Part shown: one piece after another, positions 26,487 through 36,834 of the stretch
Layout: every line of letters starts with the position of its first letter
How positions within the stretch are numbered: position 1 is the first letter of the stretch
Assembly: GCA_965203465.1 (NCBI GenBank)
Contig: CBDBCR010000001.1
Coordinates: forward strand, 512,001 to 576,000
Direction of reading: 5' to 3'
From: Nitrosopumilaceae archaeon
GTDB taxonomy: Archaea; Thermoproteota; Nitrososphaeria; Nitrososphaerales; Nitrosopumilaceae
DNA: 64,000 nucleotides
Program-made: the position numbers and the translations under genes
Notes under the pieces: model-generated
Databases searched by the model: none
Told to the model about the DNA's origin: nothing
The model's input: only the letters and a program-made list of their open reading frames with translations

Positions 26487-28328
26487 ATGACAGAGGCGCG
26501 CCGGGAGCTGTTCCGGGATCAGATCTCGGACATATGCGATCGGCTGGACATACCGGCCGGCGAGGCTTTTGCACGCTGGGTGCTCGGAAACGTGCTGGGC
26601 ATAACGGACGAGGCGGAGATCAACGAGTCGGTCTCGATAAGGGGAGGGGGCGGCTTTGGCATCGACGCATTCTGCGCCTACGAGAGCGGGGACGCCGGGT
26701 ACGTGTGCTGGATCCGGGCAAAGTACGGCGACGGCCACGATCAGAGGGTCACCAGGGAGGACGCGGAGTCTTTTGCCTCCACGCTGGACCACCTGCGCCG
26801 GTGCCCGGACGGCGCCAACGCGACTTTCCGGCAAAAGTCCGCCGAGTTTGAAATGGCGGAGGCGCGGCACCCGCCCATCAGGAAGCGGATGATCCTCGCC
26901 GTCACCGGAAAGGCGGACGGCCAAGTCCGGGCCCTGTCGGCCGATCCGAGGTGGAACGCAGAGAGGCTGGACGGAGGGCCAGCCTACGGCACAAGCTTCG
27001 AGATTCTGGACATGGACGGCATCCTGTCCCGCGTGAGAGTGCCGCACACCCCTGCGCTACAGGTAAGATTCGACGGCAAGACAATCTGCAGAAAAGACGG
27101 GGCCGACGGCAAGTCGGTCATAGGGCACATCGCCGCCGGCTCGCTGGCGGATCTGGCAAGGGAGTACGGGGAGGCGCTGTTTATGGGAAACCCGCGGCAG
27201 GCGCCGGAGGACGAGTCCCACGCGTACAAGGCCATGCTCAACACGCTGCGCGACGGCGGGGCGAGATCCAGATTCTGGAAGATGAACAACGGGATAACGG
27301 CGGTCTGCACGAGGCTCGACGCCGTGGACGGTTCCACTTACAGCGTAGAAAACTTCAAGATAGTCGACGGGAGGCAGACCGTGCGCGCTCTGGAAAACAC
27401 GACGCACCCGGCCGACGGCGTGCTAGTCTTGCTGTCCGTACACGAAGCGGCCGGCGACGGGGAGCGCCGCCTGATCGGCGAGGCTGCAAACACGCACAAC
27501 CCCGTCGAACTTGCGGCCTTGGTGGCAAACTATCCTGAGATGACCGATCTTGCCTCGCAGTGCCGGCAGGATTTTCCGGAGTTTTACTTTGAGCGCCGGC
27601 CAAACGGGTTCGCCTCGGCCATGTCCGCTGTCCGGAACCGGGTGACACGCCGGCGCGTCATGGAAACGGGTGCGGTGGCCAGGGCGTACTGCGCGTACGC
27701 CATAGACCCCAACGACGCGATCGCGCCGGACAAAGTACTGTTCTCGACCACAGACGGCCATTACGACCAAATCTTCAAGGACAGGCACATTCGGGATCTG
27801 ATCATACCGCACATATTCATGCAGCTGTTCGGTGAGCTCCACCGCAAGTGGTGTCGGGATCTCAAGGACGACCCATCCGACAAGGTGGCGCGAGCCAAGG
27901 GAATCATCAGCAAGGATGTCGTAAAGTACTACGCTTTGAGGTTCGTCTACGAGTCCATGATCGGACTAGACGGCTCCGTTCGTGTCTCGGTCGAAGACAG
28001 CTTGATAGAGACATTCCGCGGTCTGAAAAGGAAGGATCCCGTACCACAACAACTATTGGATGCGGCGGAGGCCGCCTACGACTTGTTTATGTCCGTCTTT
28101 AACATGGAGAGAAACAACACGTGGCCTGCCAATCTGATCAAAAAGATCGGAGCCAAGGGCTACCGAGCGACTGCCGACGGCGTGCCCAGCCCGTACGACA
28201 TTATGCAGGCGCTAAGGCAAAACGGGGACAAACTACTCCCGCACATGCTTCGTACGCGAGAGTACGCGGCAAAGCAGCTTGGCGATCCGGTGCAGGAAAA
28301 ACTACGCAGGCTCGCGGTTCAGCGGTAA
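26487..28328 (+). CDS. AIPR family (abortive infection phage resistance) protein
   Basis: 'FGIDAF', 'LFMGNPR', 'FWKMNNGITAVC', 'IVDGRQT', 'ANTHNPV'. Confidence 0.85.
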   Translation: MTEARRELFRDQISDICDRLDIPAGEAFARWVLGNVLGITDEAEINESVSIRGGGGFGIDAFCAYESGDAGYVCWIRAKYGDGHDQRVTREDAESFASTLDHLRRCPDGANATFRQKSAEFEMAEARHPPIRKRMILAVTGKADGQVRALSADPRWNAERLDGGPAYGTSFEILDMDGILSRVRVPHTPALQVRFDGKTICRKDGADGKSVIGHIAAGSLADLAREYGEALFMGNPRQAPEDESHAYKAMLNTLRDGGARSRFWKMNNGITAVCTRLDAVDGSTYSVENFKIVDGRQTVRALENTTHPADGVLVLLSVHEAAGDGERRLIGEAANTHNPVELAALVANYPEMTDLASQCRQDFPEFYFERRPNGFASAMSAVRNRVTRRRVMETGAVARAYCAYAIDPNDAIAPDKVLFSTTDGHYDQIFKDRHIRDLIIPHIFMQLFGELHRKWCRDLKDDPSDKVARAKGIISKDVVKYYALRFVYESMIGLDGSVRVSVEDSLIETFRGLKRKDPVPQQLLDAAEAAYDLFMSVFNMERNNTWPANLIKKIGAKGYRATADGVPSPYDIMQALRQNGDKLLPHMLRTREYAAKQLGDPVQEKLRRLAVQR

Positions 28329-28541
28329 GTCCAAGCCATTCCGCTTCGCGAGGGCGAGCCGAAGCCCACGATCTGAAACGCACCATGATCGGATCGCGCA
28401 GTCCGGGGGTGCGCGGCAGGCCGGAAAAGGGGCGCCGAGGCGATTGTCCAGGCCGCAGGCAAGACATGCCCGAACCTATTCTGCCGGTCATGGAAGATTT
28501 CGCCCCCGCCTGTCTGATGCGTGGAGGGGAAGGCGAAATTT

Positions 28542-31115
28542 TCAATGCTCGCTAGAATAGGCTTGGGTTCTGCACGGAAGCCGGGGCCACAGGCGCCGCT
28601 TCAGCAGCGCTGCCGACGATGCGGGTATCCCTACGTACATTGCGGCGTTGGCTAGCAGGACGGCGGCGCCGTAGGCCGCAATTTCGGCGTCCGACGAGGT
28701 GTCCGCGTGTTCCAGAACGGAAAGCGACCAGAGCATGGGGGCCAGCGCGTACAGCACCGCCTGCCTGAGAGCGGGGCTCTGCCGCTCCCAGTCGGACACC
28801 GTAGGCGAGAACGCATAGTACGCTAGGTTGAACCCCGTAATGAACGCCCTCCCGGATTCGGTGCCGTACACAGCGCCGTCGCGGATCTCGCGGAGCCGCT
28901 GCACCTGCGGCGCCAGCTCGGTGCCGTACGCCGCGGTGGCCACCAGGCATCCGCCCCCGCTTGGGGCAGAGATCAGCTGGCATATTCCGTCCCGGTCGAG
29001 CTCTTGGCCGGGCCCGCATCGGGGACTTGGTTCTTCGGTCGCGCCTGAACCCGTCTCTGCGGATCCGTCTTCGAGCGCCCGAGATCCGGCGTCAGGCGCA
29101 GGCGGGAGATGCCGTTGCGGCTCTTCAGGCGCGCCGTCAAGCTCCGCCTGCATGTCTTCGAGCGCCCCAGATCTGGCGTCGGGAGCCTGCGGCTCGGCGC
29201 CGGGCGTTTGTGGGCTCTGCGTGCGCGCGATCATCTTGCATGTCCCGTCCAAGCCGAGATATTCGTCAGGCCCGCACAGAAGACCGGGATCGGCCGCGCC
29301 CGCATCGACCTCCGCGGGCCCGTCCAAAGATCCGACGCCTGCGGGCGGAGGTTGCACCACATCGAACGAAGCCGTCCCGATTATCCTGTCTGCCACGGAT
29401 GCCATGACTTCGTACGTGCCCGCGGGCGAATCGTAGTTCAGGGGAATCGAGGCCTCAAAGTCGCCCGGCGGCACGTACGAGATCATTTTTCCATCGGTGC
29501 GGCCGTCCGGATACGTGTAAGTCAGCGCGACGCGTATTCCGGCATATCGGGGATCCACGGTTCCGCTCACCTTGACCTCCGTGTAGCCCTGCTGCCATAC
29601 GTCGTACATGTCGCGCTCTACCTCGAGCGTGCCGACCTCACCGGTTGTCCTAGACTCGGGTTCGGCTCTCGTGGGGATCGCGTTTGGCGAGCCGCCTTCG
29701 GAGACCAGCGCGGGAGCAGTGAACGTAAACGAGCCGATGACAGAATCGATCAGATCGTAAAACAGCGTGCCGTTCTCCAAGTCCGTCTCGGCCACCATGT
29801 ACCATGCAGTCGTTCCGGAATGTACCTCGGCCACCCTAGTGAACGTCTCGTAGCTCTGCCTATCCTCCCAGTGCGTCCACCCGTACTCGACGTTGTACGC
29901 CTTGAGGCCAGAGTCCAGCACGGACGTGTACGTGTCGAATACGAAGAAATCGGAGCACGCGTATCCGCTCTCGGCCGCCGTTTCACAAAAATACCTCTCG
30001 TCGTCGACTATCATGTCCAATATATCAGAATCGCCCAGCGTCGCGTAGTCGATGTCGTACAACAAGAGGGTTATGTTAGCGTACAGCTCGTCGTCAAAGA
30101 ACGTCACCAGACTAGGTCCATCGTACGCTTCGCCCAGCGTCTGATCGAGCGCCGGATCGTAGATAGACCACGACGATGGGTATTTTACGGTGTACATTTT
30201 CATCGGATCTACGAACAGCGTCAGCGACTCGTCCGCACTGAAAGCCTCGGGTTGCGCGGGTGCCTCGCGCTCTGGCTGTGCGATGCCCCTGGCAAAGCTG
30301 GGATCTACTTCTTGGAACTGCACCGTTATCGAGGTGAGCGGTTCTGTCAGTGTGTCGGGGCTAAGTATCAGCAGGCCCGCGTTCCTGGACACGCCGCTGC
30401 ACGTGCCACCGTAGCTCAGATAGTTTTCCCCAAAGCACGCGCTGTCGGCATAGTATTCGAACGACTCTCCATCGGCCCAATCGCTTAGCGCCGAGCCGTC
30501 GGGCACCACGTACACGTCTAACCCGTAGGTGGGATCCTCGATCGAGACATGGTAGGCGAACGAGCTCACGTCCTTTACGGTGCAAAACGGCTCAAAGTGG
30601 CCGTAACCTTCGGTGGTAGTTATCTCCCGCTCGACAAGGCCGTATTCTCTGTTCAGCGCTATCGGGTACATTATGTCCGACGGATCGTCGCTGTGCCCAT
30701 AACCGAGCACGTGCCCGATCTCGTGAGCCATGATTTCGGTTACGTACCGCGAAGAGTACGGCGACCATCTTCCCTCACAATCGCTGTCACCCAGACCCAC
30801 TTCTATAAACTGGGTTCCAAGGGCATACCCAACGTGCTCTACGCCGAACTCCTTGACCCACTGGACCCTAAAGTCCGCCTGCGCGGGATCGTCTACCTGG
30901 TAGAACGCCATTCCGGGCAGCCGTTCTTCCCAGTACTGCGTAGCTTCGTACATTACGTTCCCCGCGTACGAGGCCCATTCGGGAAGATCGTCAATGTACA
31001 CATACCTGTCGGTCTGGGCGTGCGCGTCCCAGACGCACGCGGCAGAAAGCGACGCAAGGGCCAGCGCGGCCAGCGAGGCGCCCAGAATCCCCCGCGCGGA
31101 CGCTCGGCGTAGCAC
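28542..31115 (-). CDS. Surface matrixin-like metalloprotease with CFI-box-CTERM
   Basis: Signal peptide; HEIGHVLGYGH zinc motif plus Met-turn 'IMYP'; C-terminal 'GGGCLVATAAYGTELAPQVQRLREIRD'. Confidence 0.85.
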   Translation of the reverse strand: MLRRASARGILGASLAALALASLSAACVWDAHAQTDRYVYIDDLPEWASYAGNVMYEATQYWEERLPGMAFYQVDDPAQADFRVQWVKEFGVEHVGYALGTQFIEVGLGDSDCEGRWSPYSSRYVTEIMAHEIGHVLGYGHSDDPSDIMYPIALNREYGLVEREITTTEGYGHFEPFCTVKDVSSFAYHVSIEDPTYGLDVYVVPDGSALSDWADGESFEYYADSACFGENYLSYGGTCSGVSRNAGLLILSPDTLTEPLTSITVQFQEVDPSFARGIAQPEREAPAQPEAFSADESLTLFVDPMKMYTVKYPSSWSIYDPALDQTLGEAYDGPSLVTFFDDELYANITLLLYDIDYATLGDSDILDMIVDDERYFCETAAESGYACSDFFVFDTYTSVLDSGLKAYNVEYGWTHWEDRQSYETFTRVAEVHSGTTAWYMVAETDLENGTLFYDLIDSVIGSFTFTAPALVSEGGSPNAIPTRAEPESRTTGEVGTLEVERDMYDVWQQGYTEVKVSGTVDPRYAGIRVALTYTYPDGRTDGKMISYVPPGDFEASIPLNYDSPAGTYEVMASVADRIIGTASFDVVQPPPAGVGSLDGPAEVDAGAADPGLLCGPDEYLGLDGTCKMIARTQSPQTPGAEPQAPDARSGALEDMQAELDGAPEEPQRHLPPAPDAGSRALEDGSAETGSGATEEPSPRCGPGQELDRDGICQLISAPSGGGCLVATAAYGTELAPQVQRLREIRDGAVYGTESGRAFITGFNLAYYAFSPTVSDWERQSPALRQAVLYALAPMLWSLSVLEHADTSSDAEIAAYGAAVLLANAAMYVGIPASSAALLKRRLWPRLPCRTQAYSSEH

Positions 31116-31194
31116 CGCCGCCCGGCCCCCCGCCGCCCTTTATAGCCAACCCCCGACCGGCACCGCTATAAGGAGGGGCCGTTCGCGCGGCGAC

Positions 31195-33285
31195 ATGAAG
31201 GCGAGGGGGCGCGGCAGGCCGGCGGGCAGGCGCGCACGGCCGCCGGGGTACCGCGCGCAGGCGCCCGGCTCGTGCACGCGCCTGTTCGGCGACGAGTGCG
31301 CCAAGGTGCTGGAGGGCCTCGGGCCCAAGGAGGCCGCCGCGGCCGACCGCATGGGGGCGCTCGCCTCCCGCATGAGCCGCAGGTACCCGTTCGTGTTCCT
31401 GCCCGACTTTGCAGAGGACCTCATGGACGGCATGTCGGGCAGCGCCATGCGCTCAAAGTACTGCATAGAATCGCCCATCGACTTTGCCAACCTCGTCCGC
31501 TACACCCTGAAGCTGGAGGGCTTCCGCTCCAAAAAGCACGGCGCCGACAACAGGCGCCGCAACCTCGCAAAGCCGGGGTGGAAAAAGACCTACGAGCTCA
31601 TATCGTCGCAGGCCGAGCTGCTGCGCGCCCCCCTCACCTCGCTGCTCTCCTGCCGGATACTGACCGCGGCGCTCTGCGAGGCGGTCCTCGAAAAGGGGAG
31701 CGTGCCGCTAAAGGACCTGGGCGCGCGCGTGGCCGCCTCGCACGCCCGCATGAAAAAGAGGGTCCACTTTCCGGCCGGCGCCCGCCTCTCGTACAGCGCG
31801 GCCCAGCTCGACTCGCTGGTCGAGCACCTCGTGGCGGCAAAGCGCCTAAAGAAGGAGGGCGGCAGGCTGCGCGCCCCGCCAAAGTACTCTGGCCTGCAGG
31901 ACGTCATGTACAGGATACTCGATTCGCGCACGGACGGGGCCTCCTACCAGAGCCTGATGACATCGACCGCGAAGGCGCTGCCGCTGCTGCGCTTCCTCCC
32001 AAAGATACCCGGCTTCGATCAGTGCCTCGAGGCGATGCTCGAATCGGGGCGCGTGCTGCAGACCGGCTCGCTCTCGACCAACTTCGGGTACAGCCGGCAG
32101 CTGTTCACGAAGAAAAACTACCAGAGGCTGGCGGCCCAGGCCAGGAAGGAGGCGCTGCGCGCCGGCCGCACAAAGTTCTTCGGCCGCAGCGTCGAGGCGC
32201 CCGTCTTCGTCTCGGAGCTCGACGGCCTCGGCCCCGAAGAGCAGGCCTCGAGGCTGGCGGGACTGGCCCTGGCAAGCTCGGCGCTGCTCTCGGAGCAGCC
32301 AGGCTTTGACTTTGCCGCCGACGTCTCGCAGCGCAGGGCCGGCCAGGACGCCCTCGAGGAGCTGGGCATAACCTCTGCGAAACTGTGCTGCAAGGCCTCG
32401 GTGGGCAGGCAGGTCAGCGCCTCGCTGGTGCGCAGGCTGGCGCGCGAGGCGCCGGCCGGCAGCCAGCCGGTCGTGTTCACGTGCGTCCCGGTCCCGCCGG
32501 CCGCCGCCGAGCAGGCGCGGGCCAGCTCCGTGCTGGTAATAGAAAAGGCCGACCTGCTCAGGTGGTGCTCGCAGGTGGGCACCGTCCCGTGCAGGCCCGG
32601 CTCGGTGGCCCGCGTCATGTACGGCGAGGGGACCGGCAGGGTGGGCACCGTAGAATCGGTCGACTGCCTGGCCGGCACCGCCCGGGTGCGGCTGATACCG
32701 GAGGGCTCCGGCGAGTACCCCATCCGGTGCCTCAAGGACCTGCTGTGCGCGCCCGACGCCGAGGGCGCCGACGGGGGGTACGCGCAGATGCTCGGCTCGC
32801 TGGCCCGCGCGGCCCCCGAGACGTTCGAGGACGGGATGGGCCTGCACGTGCTAAAGACGCACGCCACCGAGCGCGACATGCTAAAGAGCACAAAGCCGTA
32901 CCTGTTCGGGCCCGGCCCGCAGCCCGAGGCCGGCAGCAGGTCGCGCCGCCAGGTGTACGCCGAGTTCGAAAACTCCATATGCGTGCGGATGGATACCCCC
33001 AAAAAGCACGAGCTGGGCGAGGTCTCGTGCACGTGCGGCCACCGGCTCGACCAGGAGCACTATTTCACGCTCTGCAGGCACATCGTGGCCGCGGCCAACC
33101 ACGTGGCGCGCGGCGGCTCCGTCATGATGCCCGACAGGGCGCGCCGCATAGCCAGGGTGAAAAAGTTCGCCGACCGGTTCAGGGAGGAGAGCGCGGCCAA
33201 CGCCGTCTCCGCGCTGTGCGACGTGCTCGATCCCGAATCCAGGCGGGCCCTAGGAGAGTACCTGCTCTCGCGCGCCGGCGGCTAG
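31195..33285 (+). CDS. Hypothetical multidomain protein with C-terminal SWIM zinc finger and possible degenerate restriction-endonuclease-like domain
   Basis: 'CTCGH...LCRHIVA' SWIM motif; central 'GFDFAA...LCCKA...PVVFT...VLVIEKADL'; TATAAG box upstream. Confidence 0.55.
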   Translation: MKARGRGRPAGRRARPPGYRAQAPGSCTRLFGDECAKVLEGLGPKEAAAADRMGALASRMSRRYPFVFLPDFAEDLMDGMSGSAMRSKYCIESPIDFANLVRYTLKLEGFRSKKHGADNRRRNLAKPGWKKTYELISSQAELLRAPLTSLLSCRILTAALCEAVLEKGSVPLKDLGARVAASHARMKKRVHFPAGARLSYSAAQLDSLVEHLVAAKRLKKEGGRLRAPPKYSGLQDVMYRILDSRTDGASYQSLMTSTAKALPLLRFLPKIPGFDQCLEAMLESGRVLQTGSLSTNFGYSRQLFTKKNYQRLAAQARKEALRAGRTKFFGRSVEAPVFVSELDGLGPEEQASRLAGLALASSALLSEQPGFDFAADVSQRRAGQDALEELGITSAKLCCKASVGRQVSASLVRRLAREAPAGSQPVVFTCVPVPPAAAEQARASSVLVIEKADLLRWCSQVGTVPCRPGSVARVMYGEGTGRVGTVESVDCLAGTARVRLIPEGSGEYPIRCLKDLLCAPDAEGADGGYAQMLGSLARAAPETFEDGMGLHVLKTHATERDMLKSTKPYLFGPGPQPEAGSRSRRQVYAEFENSICVRMDTPKKHELGEVSCTCGHRLDQEHYFTLCRHIVAAANHVARGGSVMMPDRARRIARVKKFADRFREESAANAVSALCDVLDPESRRALGEYLLSRAGG

Positions 33286-34086
33286 CGCCTCGCGCCCAAG
33301 CCTCGCGACGGCGGCCCGGTCCATCGTGGCCAGCTGGGAATCGAGCTTTTCGAAGAGGGCCGCCATCTGCGGCTCGCCCCTCAGGGCGCCGAGCACGCGG
33401 GTGCGCCGGTCCCCCGAGGCGCGCGCCCTCTTTACGGGCTTGGGGCGGGCAGCCGGCTTTACTGGCCCGTCCTTCCTGTACCAGGGGTCGTAGCCGAGCC
33501 TCTCGAGCATGTGCTCCCACGAGCCGAACTCCTTTTCGTACTGCTCGGGGCCGAACCGCGGGCCGACCTCGTCCCTTGCCGGCACCCTGCCCAGCCTGCT
33601 CTTGGCTGCCTCGAACTCGGCCGCCAGCGACATCTTGTTGGGCTCGGGCGAGCGGGCCGTCTCCAGTATCCGGTCTATGGGGGCGCCGAACTCGTACTCG
33701 ATGTCGGCCACGCGCATGCGCGCGGGGAGCAGCTCGTCCATGCGCGCCGGATCGCCGGTCTGCGCCATGGCCCTGCCCAGGCCTGCCAGCATCAGGCCCC
33801 TGTGCTTGTTAAAGTAGGACAGGTCGGAGCTCTGGTGGCCCTCTTTTCTGGGCTTGTATATGGAGTTCCTCGGGACCCTGCGCAGCTGGTGGCCGCAGCA
33901 GCCGCAGAACCAGGCCGTCTTTTCGGGAGAGGCAGGCGAGCCGTCCCTCGAGCGGGCGCCGCGCCGGTCCAGCCAGACGTCGCAGGTCTGGCAGCGCACC
34001 TGCCCCGCCTGGTACCTGCTGCCGGTCCTGGGCCTCTTTGCGGCGTACCTCCTGCACGCGCCCTCGCACTTGCGCCCCTTTTCCAA
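33250..34086 (-). CDS. Cys-rich Zn-finger protein fused to a homing-endonuclease-associated repeat
   Basis: 'CEGAC...RCQTC...CGCCGHQLR'; 'LGRVPARDEV...YEKEFGSWEHMLERLG'. Confidence 0.6.
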   Translation of the reverse strand: MEKGRKCEGACRRYAAKRPRTGSRYQAGQVRCQTCDVWLDRRGARSRDGSPASPEKTAWFCGCCGHQLRRVPRNSIYKPRKEGHQSSDLSYFNKHRGLMLAGLGRAMAQTGDPARMDELLPARMRVADIEYEFGAPIDRILETARSPEPNKMSLAAEFEAAKSRLGRVPARDEVGPRFGPEQYEKEFGSWEHMLERLGYDPWYRKDGPVKPAARPKPVKRARASGDRRTRVLGALRGEPQMAALFEKLDSQLATMDRAAVARLGREALAAGAREQVLS

Positions 34087-34119
34087 CGCGGCCCCGGGGG
34101 GGCCCGCCCGTATATGAAC

Positions 34120-34889
34120 TCAGATCCGCGCGCCCATCGCGTCCGATACGGCCGCGCGGACGTATTCCGAAACGGCCTCGAACGGCGGCGGGCCGCCGGG
34201 CACGAGGTGCCTGAGGTCTTTTGTCCAGTGCCTCGACTTTTCGGGCAGCCTCTCGAGCAGCATGCCCAGATCGAACGCCTCGCCGTACGCCGACGCCGTC
34301 TTTGCCCTCAACCATGGCGGCGTCGATCCCGACGCCGCGCCGGTGCAGGAACCACACGTCGTGCAGGTGGCGCGGGTGCCTCGTGTACGCCAGGGCCCTG
34401 ACCTTTTCGGCCATGATCTCCCCTGCCGGCATGGCGGGGACGGAGAACGAGCCGAGGCCTTCGTACGAGTGCAGCACGGGCCTTGCCGCGCCCCCCGCCG
34501 CCACGTCCTCCCGCATGCTAGGTCTATCTTGATGTTCGTCGACCAATCGTCTGTCTGCCTGTACTTTACCTCGAACGCGGCGCTCTGGCCTTTTTTTCGA
34601 AATCGCGCACTTCGGTGAATTCGACGTCGAGGCCTTTCATGCTGTCCTCCACGAAACCTGCAAAATCGTCCGAAATGTCTTCCAGGCAGCTGAAATCCAG
34701 ATCCTCGGAGAACCTGAAATCTTCATAGTGCAACTTTTTGATCGACGTGCCGCCCTTGAAGACCATGCTGCCCAGCTTTGGGAACTCGGCTATCTTGGAC
34801 AGCAGGCTGGTGAGCGCGTAGTCTTTTTCCACGGTTCCATACGGCACGCAGTACCTGCCGGCCAGCGCCCTGACAAGGCCGATGTCCAT
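34120..34889 (-). pseudogene. AbiEii/AbiGii nucleotidyltransferase toxin with three frameshifts
   Basis: 'VEKDYAL...FKGGTSIKK..RFSEDLDF', then 'IKID', 'EIMAEKVRAL...RHLHDVWFL'; frame changes at the A7 run (~34591-34597), ~34519 and ~34311. Confidence 0.85.
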
Positions 34890-35683
34890 CAGTGATCCAT
34901 CCAGTCGAGCAGCTCGGCGCGGGTTGCGTTCACCACCAATCCGTACTCCTTGGACATCGTGGCACCCTTTCTGCCGTAGAGGGGATCCAGCAGGTGGACC
35001 GATGTCTTTTTCATCCTGGCTATCTTGCGCGAAATCTCCCCTTCTATGTCCAGTACGGAGAGCAGGTAGCCTAGCCGCTTCAGGACCACATCCACCTGCA
35101 CCCTCTCTGCGGCCTCCAGAACTTCATGCCAGCAGACTTCTTTGCGCGCGCTCCACATGGCCTTGGTTATCTCTACTATGCCCCCGCAGTATTCCGAGTG
35201 CATCAGGCCGTCCACTATGGTCTTCTCCCTCGACGAGACGTTGAACTTTTTGCCCGAACCCGCGTCTTGCTGAGTAAAGCCGAAGAACTTTCTCTCCGCG
35301 AGCCTCACGAACTCGAACCGCTGCCCGCCGTACTCGAAATTCCGCTTTTTCTTGGTGGTCGCTACCAGCACCGTGTACGGTATCTGATCGGTCATTCCCC
35401 AAAAGTTCATGGCCGTCCAAAACCCCACTAGTACTGATCTATCAGGCGGGGCACTATGACTCCCGGGCGCTCTGCCCAGTACAGATCCGGCCCGGCCGCC
35501 GCCGGGACGAGCAGGTACCTGCTCCGTTCTATCCTCTGTATTCTTCTCTTGCCCGCCAGCCTATGCAGTGTGTGCCAGACCGAAGAGTCGCCGGTCCCGA
35601 GTATCTCTTTCGCGTCGTCCGTGGTAAACACTGGCAGGTTCTTCTGCTCCAGGCTGAGCATCAGCTTCGTCTCCAGGTTGATA
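34889..35683 (-). pseudogene. AbiEi type IV antitoxin; 1-nt frameshift at ~35428, with the 5' end separated by the IS630 insertion
   Basis: wHTH 'VFTTDDAKEIL...LHRLAGKRRIQRIERSRY'; 'GFWTAMNFWGMTDQIP', 'SREKTIVD'. Removing the IS restores GTG-VRNINLETKL from 36845. Confidence 0.8.
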
Positions 35684-36832
35684 TAGTATCTTAGATTGAC
35701 TTTGGGCAAAGATCTAAATAGCGGCACGCCGGGGGGGCCCCGTGGCGAGGAAGTTCCTTCCCAAAGTGACCATGGCCCGCCTGTGCGACATGCATCGGAA
35801 GGAAAAAGATCCAAAGGCACAAAGCAGGCTGGTGGTATGCATACAAAGGAAGCAGGGAAAGACCATCATGGAAATATCCAAGGGCTTAAACATTCCGCGC
35901 AGCACGGTGACCAACTGGATAAGGAACATCGAGAAGAACGGTCTGAACAAGAGATACGACATAAAGAACAAAGGGGCAGCGTGCAAGCTCACCAAGCGCC
36001 AGCTCAAGGCGCTCGAGCGGGATCTGGAAGCTGGGCCCGCGGCGATCGGACTCGGAGCGGGTGCTTGGACGATACCGCTGATCAGGACGCACATCAAGAA
36101 AAAGTTCGGCGTAGAGTACCATGTCCACTCCGTCTGGGATCTGGTGAACCGGCTGGGCTTCGTGTACATCAAGCCCCGCCCCCGCGACGCACGCGGGGCG
36201 TCTCCGGCAGAAATCAAGGATTTCAAAAAAAAGCTCACAGAACCGTAGCAATCTACGCTGGGCGCGGGCATCTGGCCGTTTCCTTTGACGAAATGCACGT
36301 ATCCATGCAGAGCGTGGTCCGGAAAGGATGGTACCGCAAGAAAAGGAGGAAGGGCAAGCGCGCCGAACAGGTCAGGGTCGACGTCACGGGCAGGCGGAAA
36401 GGCCGGGCCACCCTGCTCGGAGTCGTGGCGGCCGGAGGCCAGAGCTATTTCGAGTTCTGCGACACGGGCAACGCCAAGAACGTAGAGGCGTTCCTCATGA
36501 GGGCCTACAAAAAGCTGGGCAAGCTGCTGATCTACACGGACAACGCCTCGTACCACAGCGAAGCCGTGTTCCGGAGGCTGTACGAGAGAACCGACGGCGG
36601 CATCGTGGCGAGGTTCCTGCCAAAGTACACGCCGGAGCTTGCGCCGATCGAGTCCCAGTGGAGGGAAGTCAAGCGCTACATCGCCAACCAGTTTTTCGAC
36701 GACATCGAGCAGACAAAGAGAGAAGTGTTGAAAGCTCTGAGATCCGGCCGCATCAAAATCATAAAGATGCACGACTATCTCACGGCCTGATCGTTCGTGC
36801 TAAAAATTACCCAAAGTCAATCTAAGATACTA
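35684..36832 (+). mobile_element. IS630/Tc1-mariner family insertion sequence (1149 bp)
   Basis: Perfect 23-bp terminal inverted repeats TAGTATCTTAGATTGACTTTGGG (35684-35706) and CCCAAAGTCAATCTAAGATACTA (36810-36832); TA target duplication at 35682-35683 and 36833-36834. Confidence 0.95.
35742..36790 (+). CDS. IS630 transposase, two ORFs joined by a probable programmed -1 frameshift
   Basis: orfA is HTH/winged helix (35742-36248); orfB is DDE ('FDE', 'DNASYH', 'LPKYTPELAPIESQW'); TTTCAAAAAAAAG slippery run with A8 at 36225-36232. Confidence 0.9.
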
Positions 36833-36834
36833 TA

